Assembly: GCA_045605805.1 (NCBI GenBank)
Contig: JAZUQR010000008.1
Span: 32,001 to 96,000 of the forward strand
Reading direction: 5' to 3'
Origin: Alphaproteobacteria bacterium
GTDB lineage: Bacteria; Pseudomonadota; Alphaproteobacteria; CAAHEQ01; UBA3637
Length of the DNA: 64,000 nucleotides
Position 1 is the stretch's first letter; each line of letters starts with the position of its first letter. The notes below the pieces were generated by a model. It did no database searches. It saw only the letters and a list, made by a program, of their open reading frames with translations, and had not been told where the DNA came from. A program made the position numbers and the translations under genes. Positions 47,632 to 56,229 of this stretch are shown piece after piece.

Positions 47632-49344
47632 ATGCGTCAATCAAAACTTATTTCCAAAAAACACAAAGAAAAACCGGCTGATGCCACTTTGGCAAGTCAT
47701 ATTTATTTGTTGCGTGGCGGCTATATTCGCCCTGTGGCAAATGGGATATATTCTTTATTGCCTCCGGCAAAACGCATTCAACAAAAAATTGAAGCCATTA
47801 TTCGTGAAGAAATGAACAAAGTGGATGGGCAAGAAGTTATGATGCCTGTGGTGATGCCTCGTGAGCTATGGGATGAGTCGCAACGGTGGGATTCTGTTGG
47901 GCCGGAATTGCTGCGCTTTAAGGACAGAACAGGGCATGATATGTTGCTTGGGATGACACATGAGGAGGCTTGTACTGCCTTGGCAAGAACAGAGGTGACA
48001 AGTTATCGTGATTATCCTTTTATGTTGTATCAGATTCAGACAAAATATCGGGATGAAGCCCGTTCTCGGGGGGGATTGGTGCGTGTGCGTGAGTTCACTA
48101 TGAAGGATGCTTATTCTTTCCACACCAATGAAGCCGATTTGGATGCATATTATAACCGTATGGCAAAGGCATATGACAATGTTTATCGTCGGATTGGGAT
48201 TCCCGAAGTGGTGGCCATTCAATCGGATACCGGTATGATGGGGGGCAAGGTTGCCCATGAATATCAATTGGTGACCGATGCCGGAGAAGACAAAATTGTG
48301 GCTTGTGATACTTGTCATTCTTATTGGAACTTGGAAGTGGCACATACCAATTATACCTATATGCCAGAAGAATTGTTGCCTTTGGAAGAAATTGAAACAC
48401 CCAATGTCAAAACAATTGATGATTTGGTGACATTGACGGGGATTCCCGCAATAAAGATGGCAAAGATTGTTTTTTATACAACCGAACAAAATGAAACTGT
48501 TGCCGTGATGATTCGGGGCGATTTAGAAATCAATGAAACAAAATTGGCCAAGGTTTTGAAATGTTTATTTAACTTTGCAACGGATGCAGAAGTTTTGAAG
48601 GTGGGTGCTGTCCCTGGTTTTGCAACAGGGATGGGTCTTTCTTGTAAGGTTTTTGCCGATAAATCTGTGTCAGGTGCGTATAACCTTGTTTGTGGGGCAA
48701 ACAAAGAAGGGTATCATTTGAAAAACTTTAATGTTGGACGAGATGTGCCAGAGGCAGAAGTTGTGGATGTTGCCACAGTGAAGGATGGGGATATTTGTCC
48801 AAAGTGTGGGGCAAAGTTGCGTTTAACTCGGGGCATTGAGGTTGGTAATATCTTTAAGTTGGGTACAAAATATACCGCTTCTATGAATATGACCTATACA
48901 GATGAAAATGGGGAAGATAAAGTGCCCTTGATGGCGTGTTATGGTATTGGTGTGGGGCGTTCTTTGGCTTCTGTAATTGAGGCCAAACATGATGATTATG
49001 GTCCCATTTGGCCTTTATCTATTGCTCCATGGCAAGTTCAAATCAACGCAATGGGTTTGGACAAAGAAGGTATTCAGGAAGTGGCCGAAAAACTTTATGC
49101 GGATTTGGAACAAGCAGGCATTGAGGTTTTATATGATGATCGTAATTTGTCGGCTGGTGTTCAGTTTGCTGAGGCGGACTTGACAGGTATTCCTTTGCGT
49201 TTGATTGTTGCTCCCAAAGCGTTGGCGCAAGGGATGATTGAATATAAAGTGCGTGGAACAGATGAAAAAGGATTGATTCCTGTGGAGGAGGCTGTCTCAT
49301 TTGCACAAAATTGGATTCAAAAAGAAATGGAAAAATATAAATAA
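47632..49344 (+). CDS. proS: Proline--tRNA ligase
   Basis: RDEARSRGGLVRVREF, GIEVGNIFKLG and CYGIG motifs; editing domain present. Confidence 0.97.
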   Translation: MRQSKLISKKHKEKPADATLASHIYLLRGGYIRPVANGIYSLLPPAKRIQQKIEAIIREEMNKVDGQEVMMPVVMPRELWDESQRWDSVGPELLRFKDRTGHDMLLGMTHEEACTALARTEVTSYRDYPFMLYQIQTKYRDEARSRGGLVRVREFTMKDAYSFHTNEADLDAYYNRMAKAYDNVYRRIGIPEVVAIQSDTGMMGGKVAHEYQLVTDAGEDKIVACDTCHSYWNLEVAHTNYTYMPEELLPLEEIETPNVKTIDDLVTLTGIPAIKMAKIVFYTTEQNETVAVMIRGDLEINETKLAKVLKCLFNFATDAEVLKVGAVPGFATGMGLSCKVFADKSVSGAYNLVCGANKEGYHLKNFNVGRDVPEAEVVDVATVKDGDICPKCGAKLRLTRGIEVGNIFKLGTKYTASMNMTYTDENGEDKVPLMACYGIGVGRSLASVIEAKHDDYGPIWPLSIAPWQVQINAMGLDKEGIQEVAEKLYADLEQAGIEVLYDDRNLSAGVQFAEADLTGIPLRLIVAPKALAQGMIEYKVRGTDEKGLIPVEEAVSFAQNWIQKEMEKYK

Positions 49345-49367
49345 AAGTTTTCTATTTTATAAAAATC

Positions 49368-49395
49368 AAGCCCCAATTTGATTGGGGCTTTTTTT
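49368..49395. terminator. Terminator between proS and a convergent gene
   Basis: AAGCCCCAAT/ATTGGGGCTT stem followed by a T-run. Confidence 0.75.
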
Positions 49396-49409
49396 GTGGT
49401 ATGTATTGA

Positions 49410-49859
49410 TTAAAATTTGGATAAGTCCAGTTTATTGCCTGGAACAATACCATATTTTTTTGCTTCTCCGGCATTGATTTCCAAAACACCTGCCACAGGG
49501 TGGTTTGGGGTGATAACACTTAAATCATGCGGTTTAGCGTTATAATGAATGTGAACAATCATTCCGTTATGATCAAAGAAAATCATATCCAAAGGAATCA
49601 ATGTGTTCTTCATCCACATGTGGGCATGGCGCACGGGCTTAAACAAAAAAATCATTCCTGTTTTAGGAGCTAGATAACGTCTGTGCATTAAGCCTTTTTG
49701 TTGTTGCTGTGGCGTAATCGCTTTTTCTACACGAAAGTATGTTGGTCCATTTTCGGTTGAAATGGTGAGTTTTGTTTTTCCGCAAAAGTAAATATAGATA
49801 AAAGAAATCAAAAATATTGTAATCAGCGCAATGATGGATATTTTAAGTGTTTTTTTCAT
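49410..49859 (-). CDS. DUF192 family protein
   Basis: GLMHR, GMIF, MWMKNTLIPLDMIF and VLEINAG motifs. Confidence 0.88.
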   Translation of the reverse strand: MKKTLKISIIALITIFLISFIYIYFCGKTKLTISTENGPTYFRVEKAITPQQQQKGLMHRRYLAPKTGMIFLFKPVRHAHMWMKNTLIPLDMIFFDHNGMIVHIHYNAKPHDLSVITPNHPVAGVLEINAGEAKKYGIVPGNKLDLSKF

Positions 49860-49860
49860 G

Positions 49861-50682
49861 TTATTCTCCTTTGTTGATGAAAGTTGCGTTGTATAAAGTT
49901 TTTAGAGGGGGATTGTTTATAATAATTTTGCGAATTGTATCTTTGTAAAGTGGGTCTTCTGGGCGATAGACCTGTATGCTTGCAGCTAATGTATAACCAA
50001 GATTTTCTTTAATGTACCGGTGGCTTGATTTTTGTCTGTGTGTACGCCATTCCCAATAGTTTGCGGCACTGTTCATTTCTTTGACATAGGCTTTTGTGGC
50101 TTCAATTAAAGAATCATATGGCAGTTCGTTGTAATTTTCTTCATCCAGCCACCCCATTTGTCCATAAGGATGTGTCATATTCTTTTTGCCCCAATCGGTT
50201 GCATAAACACTTTGGGCTACTGCAAGGGTGGGGATGACCTCATCCACTTTTAATTGCAGTTGTGTCAGTTTTGTAGCTGTTGTTTTTGTGACGGTGACAT
50301 CATATTTTTCAACAAGCATATGAAAGAAATCTGTTTCCGTTTTGCTCCATTCTTTGCCGCTGTCATATTTATTTTTCAAGACTGTTAAAAGCATTTTTTC
50401 TTTTAAGGCTTGTTCATTTTCACGCAAAATTAAAGCTGTTATAATTTGTGTATAGAGTTCCGGTGAACCGTTTTGGGCAAAGTCCGCAGGTAGTTTGTCA
50501 ACAAAGATGCGGGGGACTTCTGTCAAGGTGGCATCTTTGAAAAGTTCTTTTAATTCGTCTGTTGTTTGTGGGGTCACAATTTGACCCTTTGGCTCTTTGA
50601 TTAGTTCTGGAATGGCCTTATCCAGATTTTGGGCGGATAACGGTAATGTCCATAGGCATAAGGCGATGAGTAGCTTTCGCAT
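49861..50682 (-). CDS. Secreted Bax/glucosaminidase(GH73)-like protein, divergent
   Basis: Signal peptide; KVDEVIPTLAVAQ...WG and Y.SL......Y...MN pattern. Confidence 0.6.
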   Translation of the reverse strand: MRKLLIALCLWTLPLSAQNLDKAIPELIKEPKGQIVTPQTTDELKELFKDATLTEVPRIFVDKLPADFAQNGSPELYTQIITALILRENEQALKEKMLLTVLKNKYDSGKEWSKTETDFFHMLVEKYDVTVTKTTATKLTQLQLKVDEVIPTLAVAQSVYATDWGKKNMTHPYGQMGWLDEENYNELPYDSLIEATKAYVKEMNSAANYWEWRTHRQKSSHRYIKENLGYTLAASIQVYRPEDPLYKDTIRKIIINNPPLKTLYNATFINKGE

Positions 50683-52260
50683 TTATTTCCCCCTTCTTTT
50701 GCGTAATAAAGATACTAATTGTTTAGCGGAAAATGCTTTTGTTGTCAAGAGGCTTATTAAAAAACTTATTCCACCTATGCCAATCAAGATGGATAAATAT
50801 ATAATTTGTGTTATTTTAGAGTGTGTTTGTGAAATTGATGGCAAAATATGTTGTGTGCCAGAAATTACAAGAGCCATTATTATACATGAAATCAAAATGC
50901 GTTTGAGGCGATATTTGAACAGATTATCTAAAGTGAACTCTTTGTGTGATTTTAATCGTACCCAGTATTGACAGGCATTTATCCATGTTGTGATGCCGGT
51001 CGCCAGGGCGATACCGACATAGCCCCAAAATGACATTAAAGATACAGCAAGAATGGCATTTAAGATGACACCAACGATGGCAATTTTAACAGGCGTTGTG
51101 GTATCCCCACGGGCATAAAAGAATGGTGAGAGGGCTTTTGTCATCATATAAGCAGGTAAGCCGATGGCAAAGGCAATTAAGGCACGAGAGGTGTGCATTG
51201 TATCGTTGGCTGAGAACATACCATTTTGGAATAAAGTTTGGATAATAGGTTGTGCCAACAGAATCAGTCCAATCATTGCACCGCAGGACAAAGCTATTGA
51301 CAGTTCCAATCCCCGATTTAGCTGTGTATTGGCTTGTTCTTTTTCTCCTGCTTTAATATGATGCGATAATACCGGCAACAAGGCTGTACCGATGGCAACA
51401 CCAATAATACCAATGGGCAGTTGAAACAGGTGTTGAGCATAGTTTAACCATGACATGGCGCCCGCTCCAACAAATGACACAAAAAGGGTGTCCAAAAATA
51501 GGTTGATTTGATAAACCCCCGAACCCAAAACGCCTGGGGCCATCTTTTTAAGCAGGGTTTTTACTTCACCAGTTATATGAAACAAGGCCTTGATTGGGGA
51601 CATCAGGCCAAACAGATAGCCGGCTTTTTTGATGTGCCATCCCAAGAAGATGAGTTCTATGACACCAGCACCGACAACGCCCCATGCCAATGCGAAGGCG
51701 GGGGCATACTGATTATTTATAAAAGGTGTTAGGCATAATAAGGCACCAATCATACAAATGTTTAACAGGGTTGGGGTAAAGGCAGCTGCCCAAAACTTGC
51801 CGATAGAGTTGAGTATACCAGCTAATAAGGAAACTAATGACACAAAGAGTAAAAATGGAAATGTGATGCGTGATAGTGTTGTTGTGAGTTCCAATTTGCC
51901 TTGTATTTCTTCAAATCCTGGGGCAAACAGAAACATCAGTGCTGGCATAATGATTTCCATGATAAGAACAAAGCCAAGCAAAATATAGAACAGAAAGCTG
52001 AATACAGCTTTGGCAAAGTTTATGGCATCTTGTTTGCTTTTATGTAGTTCTCCGGTAAAAAGGGGGACAAAGGCCACATTCAGCGTGCCTTCGGCAAACA
52101 GGCTTCGGAATAAATTAGGAAAACGCAGAGCCACGAAAAAGGCATCTGCCATCATGCTTGCCCCCAAAAAACGAGCTATTAAAATATCCCGCACAAAGCC
52201 AACGACACGGCTGACTGCGGTTCCAGAACTGATTGTTGCTATACTTTTTAATAATGACAT
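50683..52260 (-). CDS. murJ: Lipid II flippase MurJ
   Basis: SRVVGFVRD, PNLFRSLFAEG, QLPIG and FYARGDT motifs. Confidence 0.95.
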   Translation of the reverse strand: MSLLKSIATISSGTAVSRVVGFVRDILIARFLGASMMADAFFVALRFPNLFRSLFAEGTLNVAFVPLFTGELHKSKQDAINFAKAVFSFLFYILLGFVLIMEIIMPALMFLFAPGFEEIQGKLELTTTLSRITFPFLLFVSLVSLLAGILNSIGKFWAAAFTPTLLNICMIGALLCLTPFINNQYAPAFALAWGVVGAGVIELIFLGWHIKKAGYLFGLMSPIKALFHITGEVKTLLKKMAPGVLGSGVYQINLFLDTLFVSFVGAGAMSWLNYAQHLFQLPIGIIGVAIGTALLPVLSHHIKAGEKEQANTQLNRGLELSIALSCGAMIGLILLAQPIIQTLFQNGMFSANDTMHTSRALIAFAIGLPAYMMTKALSPFFYARGDTTTPVKIAIVGVILNAILAVSLMSFWGYVGIALATGITTWINACQYWVRLKSHKEFTLDNLFKYRLKRILISCIIMALVISGTQHILPSISQTHSKITQIIYLSILIGIGGISFLISLLTTKAFSAKQLVSLLRKRRGK

Positions 52261-52356
52261 GAACATCACTATATGCAAAAAAAAATGAAGATGCAAGAAA
52301 AAAGTTCTTGCTTTTTGAGAAAAAATGGTGTAAATATATTGTTATCCGACTTGAAA

Positions 52357-52433
52357 GGGTGTGTAGCTCAGGTGGTTAGAGCGTTACGTTGACATCGTAA
52401 AGGTCGCAAGTTCGAGTCTTGCCACACCCACCA
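52357..52433 (+). tRNA. tRNA-Val(GAC)
   Basis: Cloverleaf with TTACG-TT GAC AT-CGTAA anticodon arm and CCA end. Confidence 0.95.
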
Positions 52434-52498
52434 TTTTTTGAACGCCTGAGGGCGTTTTTTTTATTGACACTGGTTGATTATTATGTTAGTGTCAAGTT

Positions 52499-53419
52499 AT
52501 GACAGAGGAAAAATCAATTTTTATGTTTCCGGGGCAAGGGGCTCAATCCATTGGGATGGGGGCTGATTTGGCACGGGACTTTAAGGTCGCAAAAGCCGTC
52601 TTTGAAGAAGTGGATGAGACCTTGCATCAAAACTTGTCCTCCTTGATGTTTGAAGGGGATTTGGCGCAATTGACTCAAACACAAAATGCTCAGCCGGCCA
52701 TTATGGCTGTTTCTGTGGCTGTTGTTCGTGTGTTGGAATCGGAAGGCTATGCGTTGCAAGATCATGCTTTGGCTGTGGCCGGACATTCTTTGGGAGAATA
52801 CAGTGCTTTATGTGCTGCCGGTGTTATTACTTTGTCACAGGCGGCGTTGCTTTTACAGGCTAGGGGGCAGGCGATGGCCGAGGCGTGTGAGGCCAATCAA
52901 GGTGGCATGCTGGCTTTGTTGGGGGCAACGCCTGAACAAGCGTATGAGATTGCCGAAAAATGCGGGTGTTATGTGGCCAATGATAATTCGGTGGGACAGA
53001 TTGTTTTAAGCGGTGTTCAAGAGGCGTTATACAAAGCAAAAGTTTGTGCCGCAGAAATGGGTATTAAACGGGCTTTGCCGTTGCAAGTAGCGGGGGCTTT
53101 TCATTCGCCTTTAATGCAGGAAGCGGCAGAAAAAATGCGCTGTGTTTTGGATGAAACCAAGTTTAGTGTGCCAAAAGTGCCGGTTTATTTTAATGTGACG
53201 GCCAAAACAGAATCGGATGTGGGGTGTTTTTCAGATTTGATGGTTCGTCAGATTGTTTCGCCTGTGCGGTGGCGTGAATTGATTTTGAATACAAAGGCGA
53301 ATTCGTTTATAGAATGCGGTTCGGGAAATGTTTTGTGCGGTTTGATTAAACGAATCGTACCGGATGCACAAACCGTTGCCTTGAATTCGTCTGAAACCAT
53401 TCAATCATTCTTGAAATAA
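52499..53419 (+). CDS. fabD: Malonyl CoA-ACP transacylase
   Basis: FPGQGAQ, GHSLGEY and AFHS motifs. Confidence 0.96.
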   Translation: MTEEKSIFMFPGQGAQSIGMGADLARDFKVAKAVFEEVDETLHQNLSSLMFEGDLAQLTQTQNAQPAIMAVSVAVVRVLESEGYALQDHALAVAGHSLGEYSALCAAGVITLSQAALLLQARGQAMAEACEANQGGMLALLGATPEQAYEIAEKCGCYVANDNSVGQIVLSGVQEALYKAKVCAAEMGIKRALPLQVAGAFHSPLMQEAAEKMRCVLDETKFSVPKVPVYFNVTAKTESDVGCFSDLMVRQIVSPVRWRELILNTKANSFIECGSGNVLCGLIKRIVPDAQTVALNSSETIQSFLK

Positions 53420-53434
53420 GAAAGGAAAATGTAA

Positions 53435-55504
53435 ATGGAAGAAAAGGAAATTGAAACTTGGTATAATTTGGTCAATCTTAACTGGTCAAAGAAAAAAGTT
53501 TTAGGGATTGTTGATAAAAATTTGGAATTTTTTTGTCCCTTTACACACGACTTTTTTGAAAAACTTGTGAAAGGATCGGCTAGACCTGGGCCCTTTTTGG
53601 ACAATGATCCTTGCTATAAAGCGATGAAAGAATATATGGAAACACAACAAAAAGAGGCAGAACAAATTGCATCAGACATGGCCAGAATGTCAGGCGACGA
53701 GAGAAAAAATTTTATTACGAATCATGTTGACATTATTACACCTTCTGATGAACTGAAGAAAGAGGTTTTGGATTGGTTGGTAGCGTTGTGTAATACCCCA
53801 GAGGGACGCCAAAATATTGCTCTTGCCATGGGCAGTTATGAGGGGGGAGACGATGGAAAATTTTCAATTCATTTGGGTACAAAAGAAGATTTGAATGGTG
53901 CTGGTGGTTGGGCCAGCACCGGTGGCTCAATGATTATGCTTTCAGAAGAAAGTTGGAAAAATCAGGGTGACTGGAATAAAAACAATACTATTCCTCATGA
54001 GATTTGTCATTTGGGTCAGGAGGATGTTGAAAATCTATCTAACAGAGAATGGGCCTTGTATAATGCCTTGTTGGTTGAGGCTCAGGCACGGCTTGTGGAG
54101 TTTTGTGATGGAGTGACCGAGGGTAGAAATGATAATTTTAAAGGTTTTTTACACTCTTTGAATGATGATTTAGACGCCGTTGTGGAAGATTTGAAAAAAA
54201 GTGGTGTCCTTAAAGAAAATATGACACCAGATGATTTTATAAAATTAAAAGACACCAATCATCCACAATATGATTTAATTATGGGTCGTATTAAAGAAAA
54301 ACAATTTTCTTGTGTGTTGAACAATTTGGGGAAGTATCCTCTATATCAAAGACAGGGGTTGGGGGAACGTTCAGGGCCGGGAAATTTGACGGCATTAAAG
54401 GCATGGGTTGACGTGGTTTGTGAACGAACTGGTATGCGTAAAGATGTTACATGGCCGGAAGTTCATGCTATGGCAACGGGTACCAAAGAAATCCCAGGAT
54501 ACGAAAATTGTTTTACCAAGGAAGGGAAAAGAAGTACAATCGGTGTGCAGAAACATGAATTGGCACAGAAGTTGATTGATTTGGGGTTTGGTAGTAGCAT
54601 AATCTCTTCTTGGGTTAAAGAAGGCAATGAAATCACGATTGAAGATGAAGATAGAGACAAGTGTGTATGTACTTTGGATGAAAATGGCCAACTAAAAGAA
54701 GCAAATGTGACTTATGCGGATGGAGATAAGTGTGTTTATAGCTTTGAAAAAGGCCAACTAAAAGAAGCAAATGTGACTTTTGTGAATGGAGATAAGTGTG
54801 TTTGTAGCTATGAAAATGGCCACCTAATTGAGAGATGGGACTCACCAAAACCATTAGGGGAGTATATAGGTATAGAGCCCAGCAAACGAAAATGGAAGTC
54901 TGATAAAGGCAACAGGCGTATTGATACCATTGTTGATGGTAAAACCGTTGTGGAAGAATATACGGATAAAAAAGGAGATAAGTATAAAGAAGTTTCCAGA
55001 GGTGCTGGTGTGACAACAACAACAGAGTTTGGGGTTGGTGAAAAGCCAAAAACTCAAATAACAAAATTTGCGAATGGAACTGTTATGACCAAAGAGTTTG
55101 GTTCAAAGACCAATAAGATAATTGTGAAAGAGCCAGATGGTCGTGAGACTGTTCGTTTTGAAGATAAAGACGGAAAACTGCTTCCAGAAGATTATACCGA
55201 AGAAATTAAAGAACAACCGAGTGTCGCTTCTGAATCCGAAAATGACAAAGTAGAGGCTAAAAAATCTCTTGGCAATGGCAAGGGCTTGGATGACAAGTTG
55301 CAAGCCAGACAACAAGCCGAAGCGCAAAAATCTTTGGGTAATGGTAAGGGCTTGGATGACAAGTTGCAAGCCAGACAACCGGTAGAGGCGCAAAAATCGC
55401 TGGGTAATGGCAAAGGTTTGGATGATAAGTTGCAAGCCAAACAACAAGCCGAAGAACGTGTGGCAAAGGTGGCCCGTACAAAGGGCAAAGGCCAAAATGC
55501 CTAA
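53435..55504 (+). CDS. Hypothetical protein with HExxH motif and internal repeats
   Basis: 689 aa; HEICH motif; two repeat blocks; A-rich coding strand unlike its neighbours. Confidence 0.75.
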   Translation: MEEKEIETWYNLVNLNWSKKKVLGIVDKNLEFFCPFTHDFFEKLVKGSARPGPFLDNDPCYKAMKEYMETQQKEAEQIASDMARMSGDERKNFITNHVDIITPSDELKKEVLDWLVALCNTPEGRQNIALAMGSYEGGDDGKFSIHLGTKEDLNGAGGWASTGGSMIMLSEESWKNQGDWNKNNTIPHEICHLGQEDVENLSNREWALYNALLVEAQARLVEFCDGVTEGRNDNFKGFLHSLNDDLDAVVEDLKKSGVLKENMTPDDFIKLKDTNHPQYDLIMGRIKEKQFSCVLNNLGKYPLYQRQGLGERSGPGNLTALKAWVDVVCERTGMRKDVTWPEVHAMATGTKEIPGYENCFTKEGKRSTIGVQKHELAQKLIDLGFGSSIISSWVKEGNEITIEDEDRDKCVCTLDENGQLKEANVTYADGDKCVYSFEKGQLKEANVTFVNGDKCVCSYENGHLIERWDSPKPLGEYIGIEPSKRKWKSDKGNRRIDTIVDGKTVVEEYTDKKGDKYKEVSRGAGVTTTTEFGVGEKPKTQITKFANGTVMTKEFGSKTNKIIVKEPDGRETVRFEDKDGKLLPEDYTEEIKEQPSVASESENDKVEAKKSLGNGKGLDDKLQARQQAEAQKSLGNGKGLDDKLQARQPVEAQKSLGNGKGLDDKLQAKQQAEERVAKVARTKGKGQNA
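55250..55447 (+). repeat. 3 x 66-bp coding tandem repeat
   Basis: (V/A)EA(K/Q)KSLGNGKGLDDKLQA(R/K)Q(Q/P) x3. Confidence 0.9.
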
Positions 55505-55676
55505 CCCCTGTTGGTCTTGCGTCATAATAAAAACTCTCCCGACAAAAAATCGGGGGATTTTTTTCTTTATTTTTGAGTGCGTTTTGCTTGTTTTGGAAAA
55601 AAATAAATTTTTTTTGAAAAAAAGTACTTGCAATTTGTTTTGAAATGGGGTATGATAACTTTGTTCTCGTGATTGC

Positions 55677-55753
55677 GGGGTTGTAGCTCAGCTGGTTAGA
55701 GCGTCTGCCTGTCACGCAGAAGGTCGAGGGTTCGAGCCCCTTCAATCCCGCCA
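55677..55753 (+). tRNA. tRNA-Asp(GTC)
   Basis: TCTGC-CT GTC AC-GCAGA anticodon arm, GTTCGAG T-loop, CCA end. Confidence 0.95.
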
Positions 55754-56012
55754 TTAAAAATGTAATGCCTTGATTTTCAAGGCTTTTTTTATGCTTTTTT
55801 TTAGGATTATTTTCCTGTCTGTCAGGACTTCCTCAAATCACACGATGGATGATATTTTAATCAAATTTAAGCAAAATCTCTGCCATTTCCATATCTGATT
55901 AAATGTTGCCAATTATATTTTGATTTAATTTTCTTTAATGGCTTCAGTCAGTTGGGATTAATTCGTTTTTAATATCCATAAAAAAAGCCTTTGAGTATCA
56001 AAGGCTTTTGAT

Positions 56013-56088
56013 TGGCGACCCCAGGGGGATTCGAACCCCCGTTACCGCCGTGAAAGGGCGATGTCCTAGGCCTCTAGACGATGGGGTC
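56013..56088 (-). tRNA. tRNA-Glu(TTC)
   Basis: Reverse complement GACCCCATCGTCTAGAGG...CT TTC AC...GTTCGAATCC...GGTCGCCA. Confidence 0.95.
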
Positions 56089-56229
56089 ATTTTTGCTTAG
56101 AACAAAACCTATTATACATAAAAAAAAGTTTTTTGCAAGCCTTTTTTTAATTTTTTTTATTTTTTTAAGAAAAAACTTGACCTTGAAGCGTTTCTAAGAC
56201 TAAAATAGAACTTATACAAAGGGGGGATT

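Noticed and set aside
55250-55447. CRISPR-like repeat array
   Set aside because: Units are contiguous, in frame and lack unique spacers; no cas genes are present.
55257-55754. 165-aa minus-strand ORF and similar antisense ORFs throughout the window
   Set aside because: Shadow ORFs overlapping a tRNA or well-supported genes on the opposite strand.
55800-55980. Possible gene remnant on the minus strand between tRNA-Asp and tRNA-Glu
   Set aside because: The ATG-initiated frame stops after 11 codons and has no recognisable homology.
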